Source of the DNA: Tubulanus polymorphus
Taxonomy: Eukaryota; Animalia; Nemertea
Direction of reading: 5' to 3'
Length of the DNA: 64,000 bases
Assembly (NCBI RefSeq): GCF_964204645.1
Contig: NC_134029.1
Span: forward strand, 16,362,950-16,426,949
Positions within the stretch are counted from its first letter, which is position 1. Every line of letters begins with the position of its first letter. Under the pieces are notes generated by a model. That model did no database searches, had not been told where the DNA came from, and worked only from the letters and a program-made list of their open reading frames with translations. Position numbers and translations under genes: made by a program. Shown here piece by piece: positions 44,384 to 56,750 of this stretch.

Positions 44384-47300
44384 CTATTGGAGGGATCTAT
44401 ATACATCTAAGCCGGTCTTAATGAATTTAGCTAAGTTGACCGTTGGGTTTTTCAGAATATCAAGGGTATTAAAGGTATTCAAATTCAAAAAGTTTTTGCG
44501 TTGTTCGTTAAGTAAGGTACAGTCAAACAGAAAATGGGATTCGTCACCTAAAGTATTACAAGTGGGGCATATTCTATCGGCTCTGTCTAAATGAAGGTTT
44601 GAAAATTTGTTCACAGGTAAAATATAGGACCCGACCCTAAATTCAAATAAACTAGTTCCTAAGTCATCACCAAGTTCTATTATATACTTCTCTAACCTAA
44701 TATCATTTTTATATTGCCTAAAGTTAGTGTATATCGGATTAGTATTTATGGCAGATACAGTTTCTTGAAGGTGCTGGTCACGGAGTATCTGTTTTATTTG
44801 TTTTGAAAAAGATTTACTGTTAGTCATGAATTGCTGCGTCCAAATGCAGGACAAACCACAGTCATCAAACGTTTTCTTTATATATGATAACCAAGGGCTC
44901 TTAAATTTATCCCTTAAAAATAAATTGAAAGATATTTTATAGAGTATTGAATTAAGTTTGGTTTGCTTTCCAGATACTGTTTTCACCCAAAAGTTAATCA
45001 TCCTGCGTCTAACATCTACATTCAAAGGGTAACGTCCTAGCTCTGATAAAACTTGTAAGTTGCGAGAATATTTCGTCACTTTCATTAAGATTTTACAGAA
45101 GAAGCGATGAATATTTTCTAATAAATCAAGATTTTCATATCCCCAGATCTCACACCCATACATGGCTATTGGAGCAACACACGTATCAAATAATTTAAAC
45201 ATAACATCTATGGGCAATTTCAAACGTCTGCCTTTTTGAACGATCGAAAACATAGCTCTGATAGCTTTATCGTAAAGATACTTTTTTGCCTTAGCAAAGT
45301 TACCATTCCAATTGAATTTTACTCCGAGATAAACATAATCTTCAACTACCTCTAACTCTTGATCACCAAACATAAATTTCGAAATCGTTTTTATCCGGGA
45401 TTTACTTCGCGCAAATACTAGTACTTTAGTTTTCTCTGGGTTAACAGTGAGACCATTAGCCGCGCAATATTCAAATAAGGTATCTAAGTGTAGCTGAAGA
45501 GATTTCTCATCCTCAGCAAGAATAACTGTATCATCTGCGTATAGTATTATGAATAAATTCAGTAAAGTATCAATATCCTGATCACGATTCAAATTTAGTT
45601 TTTCTATAAATGACAAAGTTGGTTTTCCACGATCAATGAAAAATTCTTCAATGTCGTTTAAGAATAACGAAAAGAGGATAGGTGAGAGATTTTCGCCTTG
45701 TCTTAAGCCTCTCAGCTGCAAAGTATTGTGACGTGCAACCATTTAATTCAACACATGATTTTATGGAGTTATACATATTTTTGACCACATTGAAAAAGTT
45801 TCCATTAACATTGTTAGCAATTAATTTTCGCCATAACTTTACCCTACAAATCGAGTCGAAAGCTTTCTTAAAATCAACAAAGGCGCAAAAAAGTCTTCTT
45901 CCCTGACAAAGATACAGCTCTACGATTGTTTTAAGCGTGTAAATATGATCAATGGTGGAATATTTCGATCTAAAGCCAGCCTGGGCTTCACTTATAATGT
46001 GATTCGTATCTAGAAATGTTGACAATCTTTGATTTAGGATACTTGTAAATAATTTACCAAGACAGCTAACTAAGGTAATACCTCTATAATTATCAGGATT
46101 AGAGGGATCGCCATTCTTTTTGAAAATGGGTTTGATGACGCCTATAGACCACATCTCTGAACATATCCTGTTTTAAGAACTAAATTGAATAATTTTTGTA
46201 ATATATCAACTAAAAACGGATACTGACTAACTCCCAGCAGCTCATTCGTGATTCCATCAATGCCTGGGGCCTTATTGTTTTTGAGTAAAGAGATAGCCTT
46301 AATTACCTCATCACTGGTTATATCACTGTTCAAAATATAATTGTCATAGACAGGATGGTCACCCACGTCTGGGGGCTCATCACCGTCATCGGTTTCATTG
46401 TTAACATTATTCAAATCATTTAATCTCATAAAATGTTCAAGAAAAATATCAATATCTATATTAGCCTCATTATTTTTTGTTCCGCTCGCAGAGTTTAGCA
46501 TCGACCAATACTTTTTTGGGTTATTAATTTCGCATTCTCTCAATTCCTTAATAAATTCATCCTTTTGTTTCTTCTTATTTTCTCGGATGACCTTTTTATA
46601 GTTTTTAGACGAGTTCTTAAGGGATTCAAAATTGGAAAGGGTAGGGCAACCCCTATATCTTTTTTTCATATGATTATATTTCTTCTGTGCATCTCTACAG
46701 TCCCTGCCAAACCATCTGTTGCGGACCGGTTTTTTGCAGTTATTACTTTTCCTACTTTTTCTATGATACATCAAATTACACTCATCAGCACTTGATAATA
46801 AAGAAGATACAAATCTATCGGTAAGTCCATTAATGTCATCTGGCGATTGATTTCCTAGATCTTGCAACCCGTCCAACAGTAACTTATCTAAATCATTATC
46901 TCGTAATCTTGATTCTACATTCAGGAAAAATTGATTTGATCTAGTACTGACCCACCTAATTGAAGTTTTAAAGTTCGCGTGTTCATTACCCCTTTCATTA
47001 TCGCTAGCAATGGTGTCCCTAGAATTCGTATACACGCACAGATTAATAGGATTATGTCCATCAGATAATAATGGGTCAAAAGGCATTATTTCAAAGTCCT
47101 CAACATAACCAAACAGTTCTAAATCACACACAAAATAATCGATGACACTAGTGTTCCTAAAAGTATAATTACCTGTCTGATCATTGCCACATCTGCCATT
47201 GAGGATAATTAGTGAATGGTTCTTACACAAATCTATTAGTTGATAGCCTGTATTATTCTTTCTTTTGTCCTGATTATTTCTTAGTTAAGTTAAGTTTATT

Positions 47301-49440
47301 TACTCCACAATTATACAATTGCACAGAGCACAAAATTAATTTACAATAGACATTGCAACATTTAACATTAGAAATGTATTAAACATTTGCGTATACACAA
47401 CGCCAATTTTTTAAGAGTTTGGCAATTTGAGTTAAACAAATCATACAACTTTACGTTATTGGGGAATCTCCAATAACGCTCCGGGATATATCTAGCTCTG
47501 GATTCCTGGAAGTACGGGCAGACGAGTAAAAAGTGATATTCATCCCCCACCGCCACTAAATCACACTTTTGGCACAGCCTATTGGCACGGGCAATTCCAC
47601 GCCACCGCCCAACTTCCACCGGTAGCCTGTGAGCTGAGCATCTAAATCTACATAAAGTTAACCGGTCCCTAGGGGTTAATTCAGTTAGATACTTTTCCAT
47701 TTCGAAACGGCATTTGATTGTTAAATACGTAACAGCCATAGTGGAATCAGTAAGTTTTGCATGCCAGACTTGCATAAACTGATCCTGCAATCTCTGTTTA
47801 AGAATCAGACTCAAGTAATTCACGTTTGGAATATTTTGATTTTCCCAAATATATCCGAGCCCATTTCGGAGCAAAATGTTCTTCACAGAATCCATCCAAG
47901 AGTTAGCTTGACTATCAATATAGCTATTATAAACACAACTGTAAACCTTTGACGATAATTTATCATCAGTTATTAATTTTGCCCAAAAATTTACAATTCT
48001 AAGCTGTACGTAAACTTCGAGAGGAAAACGACCCAGTTCTCCATAGACAAATGAGCTATTAGTAGATTTCTTTAACTTGAGTAAATATTTAAAAAATTTC
48101 AGCTGCACGCACTCAAGAACTCGGAGATTTTCGTAACCCCAAATTTCACAACCAAATAATAGAATTGGTAATACCATGCTATCATATAACTTTAAACTAA
48201 CATCAACGTCGAGTGAATATTCGCTAACCTTTTTTAAAACAGAGAACATAGCCCGCTGTGCTTGGTTTGCTAACGCTTTTCGGCACTGAGCAAAAGACCC
48301 GGTATGGGAGAATAGTATACCCAAATACTTATAGTTATATACTAACTCCAACACTCGACCGTTTATATTAAACTCCGGAGGGTTTCGGAGTCTTCGTTTC
48401 GAGAATATCATTACTTTTGTTTTTTCGCAATTTATTTGTAACTTCCAATCTTTGCAATAAACATGCAGGTTGTCAATCAATTTCTGAAGACCCTGTGGAC
48501 TCTCGCTCATAAGTACTGTATCGTCTGCGTACATAAGGATCATCAATTTGACCCATGCATCATTACGCATGCGCAGATTTAGGGAGGGACAATTTTGAGC
48601 ATCTAAATAGTAGTGGGAACGCCTAAATTAATCAATGAGTCAACAATAGGGTCTAAGTTATCATCTTGAATTATCTGATTATCAGGTTCCAAAAAGTCTG
48701 GCATACAAGCGGTGTGAGCATTAAAGTCACCAGAAATTAACACATTGAAATCATACTCAACTTTCAATTGCAATAACTCTATTTCAATTTCTCTGATAGC
48801 TATTTCTGAATAATAACGACTATTTTCTGGAGGAATATAAATTACACCTAAAAGTACATGTTTGTCGCGATTAAATAAATCTTTATCTAATAAATACCAA
48901 GATACAAACTGAGAGTCAGTCGAAATTGGTTTTATTTTATTTTTCATGAACTTCCTATATATGATACCGACGCCACCTGATCCTTTTTTTGAAAACTTTT
49001 TCCTATTTTTAAAGTGCGCCATATGGGAGGCGGGCAAACTACAACCTAAATTACCGTCTAAATCATCTAAGTGAGTTTCAGTTAGACATGTGATGTCATT
49101 ATTGCTAATAAATTCACAGAATTCTGGGATATCGAGTTTAGCTATAAGGCCACATACATTCAGCGTAGAAAACTTTAATGATGATTTGATACAAGGAATT
49201 TCACTTATGTTTGCTGCGTTTGCTGTACTAGTTACATTTTGCTTATTTAAATCAGAAGTGTTAATATTTCGCTTATTTACATCAGAAATGAAATTGTTAG
49301 GAGTTACATCAGGTACATGATTGTTACTATTTACATCAGGGTATGTATCTACCGTATGAGAATTTACATGCGAGCCAACGATATCTCTATTTACATTTGG
49401 ATAACTGTCACATAAATTTACACTATTTACAAATTCTATA
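44384..49440 (-). pseudogene. LINE A ORF2 (AP endonuclease plus reverse transcriptase), frameshifted and split by LINE C
   Basis: LNVCG, LTETH, SGDFNA and SVIDYF (APE); KAPGIDG, NYRGITL, FVDFKKAFDS, QGENLSP and YADD (RT); frameshifts near 49035, 46145 and 45712. Confidence 0.9.
47283..48606 (-). mobile_element. 5'-truncated RTE-X-like LINE C inserted in the APE domain of LINE A; ORF 47368-48600 is open
   Basis: MYADDTV...YGELGRFP...CQKCDLVAVGDEYHFLLVC; (AACTT)n tail; LINE A ORF2 rejoins across it (GVPTT|RNNQDK). Confidence 0.9.
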
Positions 49441-49511
49441 ACATAACAACAACTTCGAGATACAAGGACAGTCCGGTCTACGAATTGTACGCAAAGTCCC
49501 TCCGCTGGTTC

Positions 49512-50297
49512 CTAGTGGCTGTCCATCGGTACGCGGTCACGGTTTTCGCGGATAACGAGTTTGTCCCGTACAAAGAAAGCTTGTTTTCCGTTCGCTTTCG
49601 CGGCTCTCAGCTCGGGTAGCTTTTCGCGTCGTCTCGCCGCCCATTCCTCAGGCACCTGTTCATTCAGTCCTAAAGACGAGCCCGCGAGATTTTTCGCAAC
49701 TGAACGTACCAGTTCACGATCTTTGAAGAACTCGAATTTTGCAACAATTGGGCGCGGTTTTTTCTGTTCGTTTTTCCTTCGTCCAAGGCGATGTGTTCGC
49801 GCGAATTTGAATGAGTCCACGGTCGTCTTCGGTAACTTAAGGTCTTTCTCGCAAAAGCCTTTAATTAAGTCCTCGGTATTCTCATTTTCGGATTCCTCGA
49901 CGCCGTAAAAGATCAAATTATCGCGCATGCTACGCCATTGCTGATCTAGGAGTAGTTCATGGTCCGATTTGATAATTGCGTCCTGATCAGCGACGACTTT
50001 CTCTAAATCGCGAACTTTGCTTCTAAGTTGTTCGTTTTCACTCTTTAGTTGTAATACGTCCTGGTGGCAAAATTCAAGCGATTGTTTAACTTCGGTCATG
50101 TCCCTCTGCAAGTCGTCTAGAAGCTCTAATTTCGAAAGCTGGGAAAGAATCGCATCAAGTTTTGACGATATTCCATTGTCTGCTTCCACACGTGATGCCG
50201 TTTCCTCAGTCGATTTATGATTCTGGCGATTCGGACGATTTGATGCAGCAGTCTTCTGCTTCTTGTTAGGGGGTGAAACACTTTGTCTTCCCGCCAT
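49512..50297 (-). CDS. LINE ORF1p (coiled coil plus L1-type RRM/CTD)
   Basis: Heptad region, then RDNLIFYGVEE, RTHRLG and PRPIVAKF. Confidence 0.9.
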   Translation of the reverse strand: MAGRQSVSPPNKKQKTAASNRPNRQNHKSTEETASRVEADNGISSKLDAILSQLSKLELLDDLQRDMTEVKQSLEFCHQDVLQLKSENEQLRSKVRDLEKVVADQDAIIKSDHELLLDQQWRSMRDNLIFYGVEESENENTEDLIKGFCEKDLKLPKTTVDSFKFARTHRLGRRKNEQKKPRPIVAKFEFFKDRELVRSVAKNLAGSSLGLNEQVPEEWAARRREKLPELRAAKANGKQAFFVRDKLVIRENRDRVPMDSH

Positions 50298-52106
50298 TTT
50301 CTCCAGGTCTCACCGAATATCACACAGATTTTGTGGTTGAAAAAGAAAAACAAATCGGTTAAGTTTCAATATATAGAAACGGGATTAACTGGACGCAAAG
50401 AATTAAACTAATCTAGGCCCTACGCACGTTAGTTCGTTTGTCATCAACCGGTGCGATTAGTCTTTGTCGACTATGCAATGTTAATTCGTTTGATATAAGC
50501 TAGTTTTTAGTGTCTGTCGTGGCCGAATAATTAATACTAAATTCTCAGCTAATACGGGCTAAACGCACAAAAACGGCAACGGAATATAATAGATCTAAGG
50601 TAGAAAAAATAGTTTCCTTGGATAATGTTTGTAAGTGAAATGTGAAAATTTACCTTGACGGTCGTTTAAGTAATTCAAGGAGCGCGCCGAAAGTACGTCC
50701 GCACAGTTCAGTACACCGCCGTGATTCGACAGTACCGGTAGCGCCGCTACTTAGCAATAATAAGAACTAATGTTATTGACGATGTTTTGTTAAGTGGAAA
50801 GACTTCGAGTACCAGTATATATCCGATAGGTTCGAATCCCCAATTTCTTCGGGATGATTTGATTTTGAAATAGCGATCGTTTTAATAGATTTGGTGTACC
50901 TTATTAAACTCCGTCAACACACCTGCCGGATGTGAAACAGGGGACGTCCTATTCCAATGACGCTAAAGATTTTGTGTGAATTTTATGGTACTGTAACGGC
51001 GGTATGAATTAAATTCAGCTTAGACTGAGAGTAAAGTATTTTAAGGCAAACTCTAATGGCCTAACTGCACATCGTCGAAAGACTTCTCATCCATCGATAC
51101 TTGATAAAAATGAAATAAAACAACTAGTTCCAATTATCTCATGTAAGCATAACATTTATTTTGAAAATCTCAACCATACATCAAAACATTTTAAAGCCTT
51201 CTATATCAAATGCAATCTTTTGCTAACATAAACAATAGACAAATGGCCATATCTCTATCATATTAATTATATCACGAATGCTAAATATTGCGATATTAAT
51301 TGAAATCGTTCAACCAACAAATGAATTTAGTTAACATAATATCATCACAAACCATTCATATCCTTGGCAAAGGACTTATAAGCTTTTAGAATATCCAAAC
51401 AGGAAAACTTTAGTCTCATTTCTATGCGAGTAGAAACACATTATCATTATAACATCCATATCTTTGCATTATATATAACATCCATATCTGTGCATTATAT
51501 ATATGTTTATTATGTCATATCTCTTAATAATAATCAATCCAATAATTAGATTAATAATACTAATTTATTTATAAATTAATAATTGATAATTAAACTATCA
51601 ACTCTGCTATAATTGAGTTACACATGAGTGAGGTAAAAAAAATTATGACATAAAAACTCCTGTCAGAGTAATAGAAGTAACTGTCTAATACATGAAATAA
51701 CACATTTTATACAATGAACTGAGCTCTGAATCAGATGAAAATATTCAATCTGAGATCTTACGAATGATGTTATTTTAGCCCTCTACTTCTGAAAACTGAA
51801 TAGCGCGCTGTGAACTTCAACTTGAAAACAAATTTGTTGAACAGCAGTGTATCGAAAAACTGTACGTACAGTGTACCGCGAACTGAACGCGGCGTCTTCT
51901 CACTTAGAAAATTATCGACTTGACAGATTAGTTCGATTTTCGACCGCGGCGGCGCTATACGACATTGGACAAAAGAAACTTTCTACCTTTTGCCTGAGTG
52001 AGTGTCCAGGTGTTACCGAATAAAAACGGACAACACCATCGTCGACTGACAACAGGTTTATATTTTGAATTTAGATGACAGGGCTGACTAAAAGATTAGT
52101 CGTCTG

Positions 52107-52309
52107 GGTAAAAGTGCTGATCCGCACCTCTCCGCGTAAACGGTTCAATCAATTACGTTAAATATCATTGTTTCAGATTCAAAATGTCATCCAGTACATT
52201 GCGGCCTTGGTTAATTTTAAGATATCTTCAGAGTAGAAAGATTTTAGCCAGGATTCTGGCATTCAGCAGATTGCGTCAATCACGAGAGGTGCGGATCTGC
52301 ACTTTTACC
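52107..52309. mobile_element. MITE
   Basis: TIR GGTAAAAGTGC(T/A)GATCCGCACCTCTC; flanks GTCGTCTG / GTCGTGTG. Confidence 0.75.
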
Positions 52310-52568
52310 GTCGTGTGGCCAATCTCCCCATACATATATTCATTGACATAAGGCTACCGCTATAGTTAGCTATATCCATAAAAAATTCAAATAGCTCCAA
52401 TCTTACTGAAAGAAAGCTTGTTGGAATGGGGAGGGCTCAAATAACAATATGCTTTTTAAATTTTTGAATTATCTTCAGTAGTTTTCGAGATATCGCAAAT
52501 TGAAGTTTGAAAATTTGAGCGAAAAGTGTCTTCATGTTTCAATACACAAAAACTGTGATCTAAGAAGG

Positions 52569-53401
52569 CAGAGGCGGATCCAGACCGTATTAGCCGTATT
52601 GCCCAATACGGTCTAGAATTTTTAAGTGCCCTTCGAAATTTCACCGGCAATATTTTTGACGGCATTATTTCAGCAACCGCTAATTCCGTGTCCGTAATCC
52701 GGGCATAATTATAAAATTAATCGGTTAGTATGTACTGCTGCCGAGAAAGTGAGGAGAGATAATCATATTTGTAAAGCCTTTAATCATGATAAATTAAAAA
52801 GGGAACTTTCCTTTTGCAAGGGGCACTCATGCTTTAGATGAGGGCACCTTGTCCTTCCTTGCCTTTTCAGGGAGGGCTAAAGGGGCACTCGTACTTTAGA
52901 AGAGGGCACTATACGCGGAAAATATTGAAGAAAAGGGCACTTTTTTGCCTAATTTTTAAAATTTTAGGGGCACTTTTGGTTTGGAAGATGGCACACGACA
53001 TAAGGATAAATGTGAAGACGAGGCAATTTTTGCCGATTGTTAACAATGAAGGGGCACTTAGCCGTATTCTGTATAATTGTTAAGGGGCACTTTTAAAGAT
53101 TATAGGGGCACTAGGCGAAGTTGACGACAACCATTCTTTCATGGGTTCGCCAGCTTCATTTTTTATCCGCATGTGTTGAAATCTTGTCTCGAATTCGTTT
53201 ATTCTGGATTGCTCTGCTAGCCTCTAGAAGCCCTCTAAAAGCCTTTAAATGGTACCATATTTTCAAAATTTGACCCCCCTCTAAGGACTTCGCGCCTTCG
53301 GCGCTCGCATTGACCTGGATACTGGGTGTGCCCTAAGATCAGAAAGGTGCCCTTAAATTTCCTTCCAATACTGTCTACCCATCCCCCTGGATCCGCCCCT
53401 G
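52569..53401. mobile_element. hAT-like MITE with 5-bp TSD
   Basis: GAAGG|CAGAGGCGGATCCAG...CTGGATCCGCCCCTG|GAAGG; internal GGGCAC motifs. Confidence 0.8.
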
Positions 53402-55166
53402 GAAGGCAATATTTCATGTAAACAAACTTCAATATCTCTTAAACTAAAAGAGATAGACTAGAAATTTAAAGAGCAATACACTCATAGCACTTTCAGGTGA
53501 CAGTTGAAAGACCCAAAGTTTTTATCTGATTCCAAATGCCTATGATTTCCATGGAAACCAGCCGAAAAATGGTAAAATAATGAAAATATCGATGTTAGAT
53601 CAAAAGTTATGATGTAGAAAGGGGATAGAATAACTAGTTATCAATAGTTTATGTTTGCCCTAAGTTTATCTAGGAGTATCTATTATTAGGTTGATTATTA
53701 TTATTAGGTTTCCATGGTAACGGCAAGAAAAAATGTGAAATATTGAGAAATATTGATATGATTTCAGATGAAATTATTTTTTTCACTACATAATTTTTGA
53801 AGGCCTGTCAGTTAGGTCTATAGCCATAGCCTCCTATTGCAAATTGATTTAAATATACCAATTTTATATTTGCTAGATGGATTTTAGTTAAGAAAAGCAG
53901 AAAATTAGGCTTGGCCTAGCTCAAAACGCTGAAATTTGAAATATATTCATGATATCATAATAAAATCAATCAGTTTAGAAACATAAACCAAGCAATAGTA
54001 ATGATACTACTAATAATAACTAAATAATAATCCATTTGTTTTGTTTTGAGCTAAATTTCAACAATATTTTATATATATTTCAATTTTGCTGCTTTTGGAA
54101 AATCCCCTCGGGAGCCTCACTGTCCCATCACGCGCCTCTATTTTTGCCCGTCACAAGCCTCAATTCATCCCATTAGACGCCTCCCTCTTTCAACAGCCGC
54201 TTTACCGACGGGAGCGTAGTGGCGATCCGCACGCAAAAAAAAATTTTTTTGCCGATCATTTCGCTAAATCTGTCCTAATATTCAGAAATATAGTGATGAA
54301 TAATTATGAATCGGAAAATAAATACAATAATTCACCGCTAGACCGATGAATAATTGTTGAATATTGATCTCATCACGAGCAGCACGGCTCGTCGTCATTC
54401 AATAACAAGTGCCGGCCGCCATTTTGTATCGCTCGCTTCAACGCAAAACTTAGACATTGAATTTTCCGGCAGCGATCGCTCAGCCCCGACACGAAATAAA
54501 ATCATGCGGTCTTCAGTATTTGAATTTTAAGATCCTAAACCTTCCGATTCCTAATGATTCGTCGCTTATTCCGGGTCCTAATCTGACGAATTTTGCTCTT
54601 GAAAAAGGGTATATTTCGATTTCTATTTTCTTCGTCTAAAATGCGGATTTATACACTTAACCAACCCCCAAGTGATAAAGATCGATCTTATTGGTTGATT
54701 CCAAAAGATTTTAGCTCATTTGCATTGATAGACAGGTTTTATGAATGATTTTACTACGCGATGTCAAAACGCGTAGTAAAAACGCGCATCACACTTTTCC
54801 TAATCAATAATGGTCGTCACAATCGATAGTGGCGCCCCGCGCGGACATGAACATACCTACTATAGTATCACACACACAGGGCAGGGGTTTGGCGTAGTCA
54901 GTAACCTGTCTGTGGTTTAGTTTCACGATCGGATATTTTCACAAACCACAGTCAGGAATGGGAAGGTCATTTTTGTATGCAATCTTCGTCGGCCAATTTG
55001 ACTGACGAGTAATTTGCCTGGCATTTCATTGTATCTTAAGATATCCGTCTAATTTTTGTTGTAATCGACGCACAACAGATTCGTAATTTGTTTGATACCT
55101 ATAACACCTCACCTGACGATCTTAATCCATGTGCAAATCGGCCGTAAAGTGAGAGTAAATGTCCGT

Positions 55167-55595
55167 GCAATTTAGGTAATGTTGAAACCATCCACAAAAC
55201 GGAAGTGATATTGAAAAGAGACAAAATGGCGGCTTTTTGAATCGCAGAAGGGGTAGGGTCTAGGGTTTAGGGTCTAGAGGGTCCAGAGGGTTAGGGTTAG
55301 GGTCAAGAGGGTCCAGAGGGTTAGGGTTAGGGCTACGGGAAGGATTAGGGTTAGGGTTAGGTTCCGTTACATATTATAACATAGTAGGGTTAGGATGAGG
55401 CTATAAGTAGTTAAAAAGTTATGACTGAACGAAGCAACCGTCATAGCGCTTTGGGGTAACGTTAGGCTTGCACTCTTATGCTTGCGTGTTCGAATCCCAA
55501 TTTTCGTGAATCTTTCTCAGAATTTTCTAAGTCCAGCACATTCGCGCATGCGCATTGGATTGATTTGTGGATGGTTTCAACATTACACAAATTGC
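55167..55595. mobile_element. MITE with 9-bp TSD carrying TTAGGG repeats
   Basis: AATGTCCGT on both flanks; ~32-bp TIR GCAATTT.G.TAATGTTGAAACCATCCACAAA; GGGTTA repeats at 55250-55395. Confidence 0.85.
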
Positions 55596-56229
55596 AATGT
55601 CCGTCGAGTCAACAGCTGCCATTTTGAAAATTACTGGAGGGTGCTGGCACCTGTGGACTGAGGCCAGGACAAGAGCACAAACTAACGAAGCGAAACGACG
55701 AAATTAAAAACATTAAGAAATCAACACTAATAATTCACATTATTCTTCATCCAGAATTTATTATTAAATTATTTATCATGGAAAGCACGAAGATTTGAAA
55801 TAGATGTTTGAAAACCATCAATAATAAAAATTGTCGTTTCGTCTTGGAAGTTTTATATAAATCCTTGTAGGTCACCTTGTCTATCATGCCACATGTGCAA
55901 TACACAGAAATGGCGGCCAATGGCGAAATTTGTGGAGAAATTAATTTATTTCTCAAAATAATGTTGATTAATCATTCGAAACATACATAGAATTGGATTA
56001 TTTCGAAAGGTACCTGTGTTAGTTTGTGAATTAAGCCATTAATTGTGGACTGAAGTGAATAGAAAGTATATTTTTGAAGTGTTACTTTTTTCAACCGTGT
56101 TTTGGTCCTTGTCATCCCTAACGTTGGTATAAGCCCATCCGATTATAAAAAGCTTACCACCAACGATTAGGTAACTTAACTAGGGAGCCCCTGGGCCTGG
56201 GGTTTTTGATGGTGTTTCCGTGTTTTGAG

Positions 56230-56750
56230 TGTTCTATGATTGTGGTGAGTTTCAAGGCCACCACTCACCAGGGGGATTGAATTATACGATAACTTAATAT
56301 TTCTATATTATATTTGTACCTACGCATATTTTGTTACCACAATCAATTGCAAAGTTGTAGCTCATGACATCGTCTATGATTGTGGTGAGTTTCAAGGATA
56401 TCAGTTATTCTATATGATCACCAGGGGGCGTTGAATAGTAGAATAACTTAGTATTTCCTTATAAGATTGGTACCTAGGCAAATTTTGTTACCATGATCAA
56501 TTGCAAAGTTGTAGTTCATGACATGTTCTATGATTGTGGTGAGTTTCAAGGTCATTGGGTTTTGCATATGGTCACCAGGGGGCGTTGAATAGTAGAATAA
56601 GTAAGTATTTCCATATTAAATTGGTAACGAGGCATATTTTGTTATCACAATCAATTACAAAATCATAGCTGCTGACATATTCTATGATTGTGGTGAGTTT
56701 CAAGGTCATTGGTTTTTGAATATGGTCACCAGGGGGCGTTGAATATTGAA
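56230..56750. repeat. Tandem array of ~150-bp units (four copies)
   Basis: TCTATGATTGTGGTGAGTTTCAAGG at ~56232, 56373, 56527 and 56681. Confidence 0.85.

Larger units (their letters stand above)
44168..50727 (-). mobile_element. Near full-length RTE-X-like LINE A with (GTAATC)n tail
   Basis: 5'UTR, ORF1, ORF2 (APE, RT, CCHC finger), 3'UTR and microsatellite tail; clade inferred from RQGENLSP, ELGRYP and C-terminal CxxC..GDExH motifs. Confidence 0.85.
43359..51994. mobile_element. Non-autonomous TIR element interrupted near its left TIR by the LINE cluster
   Basis: TIR GGCAAAAGGTAGAAAGTTTCT / AGAAACTTTCTACCTTTTGCC; TGAGTGA on both flanks. Confidence 0.75.

Noticed and set aside
55250-55395. 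True telomere or chromosome-fusion scar
   Set aside because: Short, degenerate, single-orientation and enclosed in a TSD-flanked MITE
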